A stretch of 64,000 nucleotides of DNA from Alloascoidea hylecoeti (taxonomy: Eukaryota): the NCBI GenBank assembly GCA_001600815.1, contig BCKZ01000001.1, positions 1,211,389 to 1,275,388 on the forward strand. Direction: 5' to 3'. The notes below the pieces were generated by a model. The model saw nothing but the letters and a program-made list of their open reading frames with translations. It had not been told where the DNA came from and searched no databases. Below are positions 22,612 to 33,800 of the stretch, in pieces; position 1 is the first letter of the stretch, and each line of letters starts with the position of its first letter. Both the position numbers and the translations under genes were made by a program.

Positions 22612-23530
22612 TTAAATCAAACCTTTTTCTTTTAATTTAGAAACTAATTCATCAACATTTTCAACTTTAACACCAGCTTCTCTTGAAGGAGGGTCAGAAA
22701 ATTTCAAGATTTCTAATCTTTTTGAAATATCAATACCAAGATCAGAAGCTTTAATTTTTTCCAATGGTTTCTTTTTAGCTTTCATTATATTTGGTAAAGT
22801 TGCATAACGAGGTTCATTTAAACTATTTTACTTGGTTATTATATTGTATTATTAGGTTAAAATGAAGAAAAATTATAACTTACCGAAGATCAGTTGTGAC
22901 AATAAGAGGCAAATTAGCAGAGATTGTTTCAGAACCGCCATCAATTTCTCTAGTAACAGTTACTTTTTCACCTTCGATTTTAACTTCACTAGCATTGGTA
23001 GCCTATATTTTGATTAATTAGTTACAAATGTGTCCAATGAAAATTGAATTGGAAATTGCATTGGAAATTTAATGGAATTGAATAAAGCATACCTGTGGCC
23101 ACTTCAATAAACCAGCAAGAATTTGACCAGTTTGATTTGAATCATCATCGATGGCTTGTTTGCCCAAAATAACCAATTTACTATCTTCCTTTTCGACCAC
23201 CTTAGCCAATAATTTTGCAACATTCAAAGGCTCAACATCAACATCACCAACATCAATTAAGGTAGAAGAGTCAGCACCTTTTGCTAAACCAACTCTCAGA
23301 ACATCCTGGGCCTTTGAATTACCGATGGAGACCAGATGAACCTTGTCAATCAAAGCTTTATGGGTTTCTTTGATTCTAATCGCTTCTTCAACCGCAATAT
23401 CACAAAAAGGATTAATACTGAACTTCACACCTTGAGTGACTACGCCATCGCTTGTTTTATTAATGCGAGGCTTTGTAGCGAAATCGATGACTCTTTTGAT
23501 GGGAACCAAGATTCTCAATTTGGAGGACAT
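22612..23530 (-). CDS. CIR1: Electron transfer flavoprotein beta subunit (introns 23003..23092 and 22823..22883)
   Basis: [34 protein letters not shown]; spliced continuation [30 protein letters not shown]. Confidence 0.93.
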
Positions 23531-23609
23531 TTTTATGGGGAGTATTAGAAAAGAAGAATATATTTATATGTATTTCCGGAGCCCCACCGGGTTGCACAGA
23601 TTCCACCGG

Positions 23610-24153
23610 CTAAATTTCAGTTACCCGACTCAGGCAGTCGTCAACGGTGGCCGTCACTTTGTCCAGCTGTTGTTTGACTACAAAAACACTTTTGTTGACT
23701 TCCTCTGCCTGGTTTTTGTTGAACAGAATGCGTCGCACACTTTCGATGTCGCTCGCTCTGTTGCCGTTGTGGTTATAATTAGTATCTGCACGCATTTACA
23801 TTGTATATACACTCGTAGACTTACTCCCACACCTGTCGGACCTCGTCGGAGTCCGCTTTCCGCTCGCACTGGGCGGTGACCCTGGCCAGCTCAACCTGAG
23901 CCTTTCGCAGCTTCGCGACTGAGTTGGCGTACTCTTTATTGAAACAACTGCCCGTAACTCTGGCGTCGTTGGACATTTCTCGCACATCGTCCAAAACGTT
24001 TATTTCCGTCCAGAGCTTATCCTGGGAATCGACCAAAGGCCGCACAGAAGGAATTTGGTCTGTTTGGTGAAAGGTGTCTGCTGGTTGGACGTCGGTTTCG
24101 TGGGTGGTGTCGCCGGATGCGGATCGCAGAAGGTCTATTCGTGGCAAATCCAT
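23610..24153 (-). CDS. Hypothetical protein, probably a conserved fungal family (intron 23758..23824)
   Basis: GC-rich coding-like frame with DKLWTEINVLDDV and KLRKAQVELAR. The intron GTAAGT...TACTAAT...CAG joins ORFs 23821..24240 and 23610..23795 in frame. Confidence 0.7.
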
Positions 24154-24289
24154 TTTAATTATTACAGGTTTATCTTGTGAACTTATCTGGTGGTGGACTG
24201 TAAATAAACAACCTCCATCCTTCAGCACATTTACCTCCATCCAAATTTAAAGTAACAATAAGATACATACATACTATGAACATATAACA

Positions 24290-25461
24290 ATGCCAAAAAA
24301 TCAAAATATCAAACCATGGCGTAAATTACTTTGGTTAAAACAGCCGTATCCTGATAATTATGTCTCATCAACTTTTCTATCTCAATTGAAAAGAAATTCA
24401 AACGTTAGACCTTACTTCTACTCAACTTTGTCAATCGATTTCTCTTTGGTCTCTTTACATTTTTGTACTTTAGCTATATTTATAATCACTTTTCTGATTA
24501 TTTATAGTGATAATGATAATGATGATAAATTAAATAAAACTGCTCCTTTGGTTTCAATAATCGCTACTTTTTTAACATGTATTGGTTATTTCATTTGGTA
24601 TAAAATATCAACATTTCAAAATCAAAATCAAAATCAAAATCAAAATCAAAATCAAAATCAAAATCAAAATCAAAATCAAAATCAAAATCAAAATCAAAAT
24701 CAAAATCAAANNNNNNNNNNNNNNNNNNNNNNNNNNNNNNNNNNNNNNNNNNNNNNNNNNNNNNNNNNNNNNNNNNNNNNNNNNNNNNNNNNNNNNNNNN
24801 NNNNNNNNNNAATCAAAATCAAAATCAAAATCAAAATCAAAATCAAAATCAAAATCAAAATCAAAATCAAAATCAAAATCAAAATCAAAATCAAAATCAA
24901 AATCAGAACCCCCAAAAAATCGATATATCAACACATATAAAATCATCAATTTTAACAATCTTTATATTATTAGCATTATCTCCAATATTAAGATCATTAA
25001 CAAAATCTTCATCATCTGATTCAATTTGGGCTATATCTTCATGGTTATCAATTTTAAATTTATTATTACATGATTATTCATTTAATTTAAAAAAAGAATT
25101 TAAACCAACTATATCAACAAATATATCATTATCAATTTCAATTTTACTAGCATCAAGATTAAAAGAATCAATTGATGTATTTTTTTTCATCTTATTTAGT
25201 ATTGAATTATTTGGTTTATTACCTTGGTTTATAAGATTTATTAGAATCATTAATTTGAAATGGTATTTAATTTTAAATGTATTAGTTTTAATTATAACAA
25301 CTATTTCAGTTTATATTGTTGGTGGATTGATGGTTTGGTTTATTTGGTGTGGATTGGAAATATTTATAATTGTTGGTTGTCCTTTATGGTTAATTTCCCT
25401 ACAAAGATATAAAAATGAACTACAAGGTCCATGGGATACTGCAAAACCAATTCTTACTTAA
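24290..25461 (+). CDS. GPI2: GPI-GlcNAc transferase subunit (PIG-C) spanning an assembly gap
   Basis: N-terminal WRKLLWLKQPYPDNYV; after the gap LSPILRSLTKSSSSDSIW; C-terminal QRYKNELQGPWD. Confidence 0.92.
24617..24904 (+). repeat. (CAAAAT)n coding repeat encoding (QN)n, interrupted by a 100-N gap at 24711..24810
   Basis: About 15 perfect units visible on each side of the gap. Confidence 0.97.
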
Positions 25462-25565
25462 TTAATTCATATTTATATTCATGATCATAATTTATATTTA
25501 TAATTCTTACTTGATATCATATTCATAATTCATACTTAAGATATCTTATATGTTACTACATTCAC

Positions 25566-27204
25566 TTATATTTTAGGTCCAATCATATTTTCAGGTTTAA
25601 CCCATTCATAAAATTCCTTTTCAGTTAAAACACCCATCTCCAAAGCAGATTCTTTTAATGTAATTCCCTTTTTATGAGCATTTTTAGCAACTTTACTAGC
25701 TTTATCATAACCAATTTTTGGATTTAAAGCAGTTACTAACATTAAACTTTCATGTAATAATTTATCAATCTTTTCAGTATTTGCTTTTATTCCTTCAACA
25801 CAATGAATTCTAAAAGATTTTGTTGAATCTGATAATAATCTAATTGAATTTAATAAATTTTTAGCAATCAATGGTTTAAAAACATTCAATTCAAATTGTC
25901 CTGAAGCACCAGCAAATGTAATTGTAGTATGATTACCAAAAACTTGAGTACAAACCATTGTAATTGCTTCATTTTGAGTTGGATTTACTTTACCTGGCAT
26001 AATTGATGAACCTGGTTCATTTTCTGGTAATGATAATTCTCCATATCCACATCTTGGTCCTGATCCTAAATATCTTATATCATTTGCAATTTTAAATAAA
26101 CTTACAGCAAGAGTGTTTAATGCTCCACTGGTTTCAACCATTGCATCATGAGCAGCTAATGCCTCAAATTTATTTGGTGCTGTTTGAAATTCAACTCCAG
26201 TTAATTTGGAAACTTCTTTTGCAATTGATACATCAAAACCTTTTCTTGTATTTAATCCTGTACCAACTGCTGTACCACCTTGAGCCAATTTTGATAATCT
26301 TGGTAATGTATCTTGAATTCTTTCAATTCCATTTAATAATTGTTGTTTATAACCACTAAATTCTTGTCCTAAAGTTAATGGTGTTGCATCTTGTAAATGA
26401 GTTCTACCAATTTTAATTATTTTAGAAAATTGTTTTTCTTTATCTTCAAATGCTTTTGTTAATAATTTTAAAGATGGTAATAAATTATAATTAATCTCTA
26501 ATACTGATGCAATATGCATTACTGTTGGGAATGTATCATTTGATGATTGTGACATGTTTACATGATCATTTGGATGAACTGGAGTTTTGGATCCTCTTAC
26601 TCCACCAAGGAGTTCAATTGCTCTATTTGAGATGACTTCATTGGCATCTATTATTAATAAATAGGATTTAAATTGTTAGTTATTCCATATACCATATAAT
26701 TACAATATGCATACTCTAAAAATTGTCAGTTAGTTAGTGGATCCCCAATTATAAGAGAACAAGAAATATTTACCATATTTGATTGTGTACCACTACCAGT
26801 TTGAAAAACAACCAAAGGAAATTGATCATCTAATTTCCCATCAACGACTTCCTGTGCTGCAGTCTGAATAGCATTGGAAATCTTTGGATCCAATCCATAA
26901 GTTTCATTTACAATTGCAGCTGCTTTTTTAAGGATACCAAATGCTCGAATCAATGGTAAGGGTAAACGTTCAGTTACACCACCAATATCAAAGTTTTGTA
27001 AAGATCTATAGCTGAATTAGTTAAATAAGTTTATAAATATGATATATTTGGTTATACCTTTGTGTTTGAGCACCCCAATATTTATCGGCTGGAACTCTAA
27101 TTTCTCCGAAGGCATCTGTTTCAATTCTAGTGTTATCAGTCTAAAAAAAGAGCAATTGTTAATAAAATCATAGATAATGTATTAATATATTGCCCACACA
27201 CCAT
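25566..27204 (-). CDS. FUM1: Class II fumarate hydratase; exons 27204-27202, 27140-27058, 27005-26774, 26715 (1 nt), 26647-25566
   Basis: [60 protein letters not shown] and the signature [11 protein letters not shown]. Four GT-AG introns of 52-67 nt. The ATG-only first exon is less certain than the rest. Confidence 0.93.
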
Positions 27205-27845
27205 TATATACTATAAACCAAATAAGTTGAAAATAAATAAATTGTGAAAAAGAAAGATAAAAAACGTAAAAACTTCATATTTAAATGTGACTCCACTGGA
27301 CTGGGCCGACTGGGGTTATGATCATGAGTCAAGACAAGAGGGGTTGACATGCGACGCGGCTACGGATATATTATAAATTAATTTTAATATGCTATTATAA
27401 CGGACATTTTGACAAATTTTAAATGAATTCGAAGTTTTTCTATGTTTTAACTCAAGCTTAAGGTTTTATACTAAACTCCAGGATATTTCGTAGAAATGGC
27501 CTTAAACTTTTGATGAATAATTATCGGCCACCTCCTTCCCCAATTAAACATTCCTCTATACCATAAACTAGAGCAGTACAAACAAACCATAATTAACATA
27601 GAAAAAGTAAAAGATGTCTGTAAAGGGCGCAGCTGAATATTTAGTCCAAGGCGGTCGAAATTAATTGATAATATATACTAGTTACACCTTAAGCTTATGG
27701 TAATGCTATCCAGCTCAGACTAGCTGCCATATCTGGTGATAACAATAATTTAAAAAATTTATCCGTACAATTAAAATAGAAAAATCAATTAACAAAGCAA
27801 TTATAAACAAACAAAACATTCCAAGTCCATCGATTATTTCATTCA

Positions 27846-29624
27846 TTAAATTATGAGAGGATATCCACATCTATAAGTTAATGGATTACTATCAATTCTA
27901 TGAATATAAAGACGAACTGTAATACATTCATCAGTTGAAGGAGCTTCATTATTAAATTCATAAATTGCTCTAATTAAATCAGAATTATCATTTATAATTG
28001 AAATTTCATCATCTAAAGTTTTATAACTAATACTAAATTTTTTAAGAGTCTTGAAATTTCTTAATTTTTTTAAACTTGTTGTTGAATTTAATAAATGATA
28101 TAATTCTTTTTCTAATAATCTTGATTGAATTTTTTTATATAATATTTTAAAATTATCATTTAGTGATAATATAATATGATGAGTTTTATATGATGGTGTT
28201 TTGAATTTAAATACAATTAAACAATTTAATCCTGGGTTGAATAATTTTATATCTGTTTTTTTATTGTTATTACAAGAGCCAACTGTCATGTTATATCCTA
28301 ATGAATCTTTTGGAAATATTGGTTCATTATTTAAAAAAGTACTCCCATATCCATCTATTTTAACACTTGTTCTTTTGGACTTAACTATAGTATCAACTTC
28401 ATTTTCAATTTTAATTTCATTTTCATTATGATTATGATTAGCAATAAAATCAGATACTTTTTTAATATCTTTAACAAATCCAAAAGTTGAAGTTAAATCA
28501 GTTCCATTTATTTTTTCATCATTTTCAATAATTTCAATAAATTTTAAAAAAAATTTAGATAAGTTAAAAACATCAATTGAACCAATAAGTTTATCATTAG
28601 AATTAACAATATTCCAAACATTATACTCTAAAAAACTCATTTGTTTAATTAAATCAATTGTATTATAAATTTCTGGTATATTTTGTACTTCTAACGACAT
28701 TATTTCACCAATTTTAGTAAGAGTTGGATTTAATTTAAATTCTGAGATTTGATTAATTATATTTTGTGATGAGCATGAACCGATAATATTATTAATTTCG
28801 TCTTTTATAATTAAAATATTGACATCTAATTGTTTCATTAGCTGAGATGCTTCTAAAAGATTAGCTTTTGAATTAATATATGGAACCGAAGTTGAAGAGG
28901 AACTATCATTATAACTAAAATGTTGTAAGATTTCAGATAATTTAGGGTCATCATGATTATCCAAAGCAGTTAAAAGATTTTCTTCATCATTTGAAATATA
29001 TTTCTTTTTGTAGTTTAGTGTTGGAGATAAACTTGAAGCAAGGGTAATTTCATCTTCATCTTCATTTTCATTATCATATTCTTCTTCTTCTTCAATAAAC
29101 TCTTTGGGAATTCTATCCTCAATTAATGCTCTTTTATCTTCAATTATACTAGCCATATGATATAAACAACCAATTGGTTCTAAAACCATATCTAAGCCAC
29201 CACCATTACTTTTATAAACCAATAAATGTTTAATACCATTCTTAACCATACTATCAAATACTCCTAATATATGTTCTTCATCGGTTATATAGTCAATATT
29301 AATTTGCATAATATCTTTAGCTGTAACTTGATTCAAATCTTGATTTTCCGCAATTACTTTATAAAGTATATCTTCTGGTGTTACAATCCCAACAATTATA
29401 CCTGTGATATCCCTCACCAAAGTAAAAGTTGTGTTTGATTGAGCCATTTGAGTAATTACTTGAGTAATCGGTGTATCAACTAAACATCCAGATAAATAAT
29501 CTGGAGGAACATAGAGCGTAGCTCTTGTTGAAGTATCTAAGATTCTTGTTGATTTAGGAGTTGGAGGGATAGATAATCGACGGGATATACGTCTTGACGA
29601 TGGACATTCCTCAATTATGGTCAT
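27846..29624 (-). CDS. CBS-domain protein with a C-terminal PB1-like domain
   Basis: Repeated CBS patterns (GIVTPEDILYKVIA, AKDIM, GIKHLLV, IGEIMS) and a PB1-like tail (VFKFKTPS..H, ISY...DDEI..I.DNSDL..AI). Confidence 0.75.
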   Translation of the reverse strand: MTIIEECPSSRRISRRLSIPPTPKSTRILDTSTRATLYVPPDYLSGCLVDTPITQVITQMAQSNTTFTLVRDITGIIVGIVTPEDILYKVIAENQDLNQVTAKDIMQINIDYITDEEHILGVFDSMVKNGIKHLLVYKSNGGGLDMVLEPIGCLYHMASIIEDKRALIEDRIPKEFIEEEEEYDNENEDEDEITLASSLSPTLNYKKKYISNDEENLLTALDNHDDPKLSEILQHFSYNDSSSSTSVPYINSKANLLEASQLMKQLDVNILIIKDEINNIIGSCSSQNIINQISEFKLNPTLTKIGEIMSLEVQNIPEIYNTIDLIKQMSFLEYNVWNIVNSNDKLIGSIDVFNLSKFFLKFIEIIENDEKINGTDLTSTFGFVKDIKKVSDFIANHNHNENEIKIENEVDTIVKSKRTSVKIDGYGSTFLNNEPIFPKDSLGYNMTVGSCNNNKKTDIKLFNPGLNCLIVFKFKTPSYKTHHIILSLNDNFKILYKKIQSRLLEKELYHLLNSTTSLKKLRNFKTLKKFSISYKTLDDEISIINDNSDLIRAIYEFNNEAPSTDECITVRLYIHRIDSNPLTYRCGYPLII

Positions 29625-29873
29625 TGTGTATTATAATTGCAATAAAGAAAAGTATCTCCATCTTCATATATATATAAATCTATCAATTGACATTGTTTGA
29701 AGATCGTTTGGATTCTAATTCTAAGAAAATTTTAAGGTTTAGAGGTTTGTCGCAAGTTCGTTTCATACTTATGTAATACTTGTTATTATCCACAAATTCG
29801 GCACTTGAGACACAAACTTCCGTGGAACGATGATAGATTATCCGTGGTATTTCCAATAATAGTTAACTGTCAG

Positions 29874-29881
29874 CACGTGAC
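29874..29881 (+). promoter_or_regulatory. Cbf1-type E-box CACGTGAC in the divergent CBS-PB1/UBC13 promoter
   Basis: Exact RTCACGTG consensus on the minus strand, ~70 bp before the UBC13 ATG. Confidence 0.45.
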
Positions 29882-29950
29882 ACAACATCACACTTTTATT
29901 GATCTACTTTCCTCTTTGCCTCTCCATACTTTACTCAAATACAGTTGATC

Positions 29951-30601
29951 ATGGCTGAACGTCTACCAAAGAGAATCATTAAGGTGTGTTTTTAACTGTT
30001 TAATATCATCTGAAATGTGCTGGATTCTAACGATCGTCCTTTTCTGTTGGGTTTTAACAGGAAACTGAACGTTTGGTTTCTGATCCAGTTCCGGGAATCA
30101 ATGCTATTCCACATGAGGAAAACCTTAGATATTTTGATGTTTCCATTGATGGGCCTGGTGCTTCTCCATATGAAGGTATGTTTGTGTGTTTTGCTTGTTG
30201 TGTTGTCAATTGGGTGTCTTTTTCTAACTTTATGTAGGGGGTCTTTTTAAACTAGAGTTATTCTTACCTGAAGATTATCCCAGTAAGCCTTTTAATTATT
30301 GGTGGAGAGAAAAAGAGTACTAACTATGGCAATAGTGGTTGCACCAAAGGTACGATTTCTCACCAAGATCTACCATCCAAATATAGACAGATTAGGAAGA
30401 ATTTGTCTTGATGTTTTGAAATCCAACTGGTCGCCAGCTTTACAGATCAGGACCGTGTTGTTATCTATCCAGGCGTTACTAGGAGCACCCAATCCAGATG
30501 ATCCGCTGGCCAATGATGTTGCAGAAGAATGGAAGAGCAACGAAAAAGCAGCAATTGAGACGGCTAGAAAATGGACGGAGCAATATGCTAAGAGAACCTG
30601 A
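29951..30601 (+). CDS. UBC13: Ubiquitin-conjugating enzyme E2 (introns 29984..30060, 30176..30237, 30283..30335)
   Basis: [59 protein letters not shown]. Confidence 0.95.
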
Positions 30602-30802
30602 TCATGAGAGGATTATTCATATTAGTTAAACATGAAAATTATAAATAAAAGGTTATAATTATAGACCACGAAATATTAATTGTAGCATATAGAAGTTGTG
30701 TGTTTGATGCAATATATTGTTATTAGATCACCCAGGGAATATATTTCTGAATCCGAATCCCACAGTAATATTTCCAAATTTTTCTTTTTTTTGATAAGAA
30801 AA

Positions 30803-33800
30803 ATGTCAAACCCCCAGGAGGATCCGTTTTTGGTCCCGTCCCTCCATGTCCGAAGACAGAAAGACTCCACGCCTGCTGCTAGTCTGACAGTGGACACAGG
30901 TGTGACCCCCGACAATGAGTCTCTCTTGAAACCCTCACCCTCACCCACACCCACACTTTCACCCACACTATCTGATACCTTGTCGCCACGTGATGCGGGT
31001 TCACCAAAAGGTCGTTTCAACTCCATAGTTAAAAGAGTTTCTCGGTCAAAACCCCGTCCGGACGTTCAACCATCAAAAACTCCTCGCTCGCCTCGTTTTC
31101 CCTATTTATCTTCATTCAGATCTCCTTCAAGGTCTCCTTCAAGGTCTCCTTCAAGGTCTCCTTCAAGGTCTCCCGCAAGGTCTCCTTCAAAGTCAAATTC
31201 TCTTTCAAAATCCCCTTCAAATTCTCCTTCAAAATCCCCTTCAAGATCTCTTTCAAAATCTCCAAATAGAGATCCCGGTTCAATTCAGCCTTCTCCCGAA
31301 TCTCCTTCTAAATCACACCCTTTATTATTAGAAGCTACAGAATCCAATATTGAAGCTATTAGAGATGGATTATCTGCTGCATTAGATGTTGGCATGGGAA
31401 AATGGTTACGAGAGGACGATGAGGATGATGAGGATGATAATGAAGATGAACAATCAAGTAATTTTAGATCATCTACAGTAAAGGGAAGAGGTTCAGGTTC
31501 AAGTCCACAAGCTAAATCAAAATCTCCTTTTGCTGACCCAGTTCATGATAATATAGATTTATCAATAGGGAACTCAATTGAATTAGAGAATTTAAAACCA
31601 CCAAATGTGCATTTATCAACAATTTCTAAAAAGAGTAATAATTCAAATTTATCAATTGATGATAGGTTATATTTAGCAGAAGAAGGCCAATCTTTAGATT
31701 ATTTATCACCTCTTTTCTTCCCCGAAGAACATCAGCAAAATCTTGATCTTAATAGAAATTCAAGTCAAAGAAATAACTTAAGTCCAAAAGATGCAAATAT
31801 AAATAAAAATGAACTACAATTACCAAATAATGATCAAGAAGAAGAAGATGAAAGTCAAGGTAAATCTTTATTATCACCACGTCGTAATTTATCAATGGCC
31901 GTTAAAAGAATCTCATCTCGTGTTTTAAGAGGTACAAATGAAAGATTTGAAAAACATGATAGTATTAAAACAAAGAAAAATAATCCAGTTTCTAGTAATA
32001 ATAATAATGTTAATGATAGTGATAATGACAATCAGAGTTTAAGAGTACCAACTGATGAAAGTTTATCATCATCATCTGCTGGTAATAAACAATCAAAATA
32101 CAAATCAGTTGGTAGTGAAAGGGATACAATTGTTAGAGTTATTGGTAGTTATTCGAACGACAGTGAAGATGATGCAAATGCGACTTTAAATCCACAATCA
32201 CACAAAAACAAATTAGATTTAACAAATCCTTATGCAACCAACCCAAAAATAACATTAAATAAAGAAGATGAAGATGAGAATCTTAGACCAATTTCAAAAA
32301 TTGAAAGTGATGATCAATTTCATGCAAAGCCATTACAAAGTGATAATAATAAACCTTTAGATTTACCATTATTTGGCCGTTCATTATCATTTTTTAGTGA
32401 AAAGAGTCTGATTAGAGTTAAACTTGCAAATATAGTAATTAATCCGTGGTTTGAATCAACAATGTTTTCACTTATTGTACTTCAAGTTGTTATGTTAACA
32501 GCCAGAGAATGGAATCCTTTAAGAACTAAAAGAAGAGAGTTATTTGGAGTTACATGGGTTGATTGGATAATATTAATCATAAATATAATTTATACATTCG
32601 AAATTACTATGAAAATTGTTGTTTTTGGTTTTTGGGATGACAAAGAAATGTTTGATGAATTAGGTTTAATGCATGTATCAACGTTTTCAAAGTTTATGCA
32701 TAAAAGTTCAGAATCTAAAAAATCTTTCCAAATTCAAAAACCAATTACTTATTCATTTCATGTTAAAGAGAGAATAGGCAATAAATCGTCAATTACAAAT
32801 AAACCTAAACGAAGAGCATTTTTAAGAAGTAGTTGGAATAGAGTCGACTTTATTTCGGTTATTTCTTATTGGATTTCATTAGTTTGCTCAATTAATGGTT
32901 TTGATAAAAAACATCATCTATATCTTTTTAAAGCAATTGCGTGCATAAGAATATTAAGATTAACAAATATTACAAGAGGTACTGTCTCTATTTTAAATAG
33001 TTTAAAAGCTTCTGCTCCATTTTTGATTGACGTTGGAGTTTTTATATTATATTTTTTAGGTTTGTTTGCTATTATTGGTGTTCAAAGTTTCAAAGGTTCA
33101 TATAGAAGACAATGTGTTTGGGAAAATGAAGATGATCCATCAGATACTTTTTTACATGAGCTGCAATTTTGTGGTGGGTACTTAGATCCTGATACAAATC
33201 AAGCTATGCCTTATTTATATTCAAATGGTTCATCATCAGGTATTACAAAAGGTTTTATATGTCCTGCCCACTCAGTTTGTAAAATGGTTTCAAATCCTTA
33301 TGATGGTACGATATCATATGATAATTTTGCTCATTCTTTTGAATTAGCTTTTGTTATGATGAGTCTTAATACTTTTTCAGATCAAATGTATTATACAATG
33401 GATTCAGATTCAAAGGCATCTTGCTTTTTTTTCATATTTGGTGTTATTATATTAGGTGTTTGGATTATAAATTTATTTATTGCTGTTATAATATCTGGTT
33501 TTAAAATTGGTAGAGATGAATTAAAATCCCAAGCAATTGCAAATAAAAAGAAGTTAGCAACTATTAAAAAGAAAAAACAATCAACAAAAGAAAAACTTCA
33601 TAGACATAATTGTTTATTCAAAATTTATCATAAAACTAGGCAATTTTGGACGTTTGTTATAATATTTGATTTACTTGCTCAATGTTTTAGAAAAGTGAAT
33701 ATGGAAGAAGAGGAATATAATAAAATTTTACTTTGTGAACTTGTTGCAACTAATTTATTAGGTATTGAAATAATTTTGCGTTTTATTTCTTATTTACCAA

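Noticed and set aside
24582..25019. Poly-KI, SK, DF and IL ORFs and an apparent GPI2 frameshift
   Set aside because: These are alternative frames of the CAAAAT repeat; the frame change is explained by the 100-N placeholder gap.
30698..30802. N-terminal extensions in the ORF track for CCH1 (also SDR1, both MDRs and BUD17)
   Set aside because: They begin at GTG/TTG codons; the first in-frame ATG was used instead.
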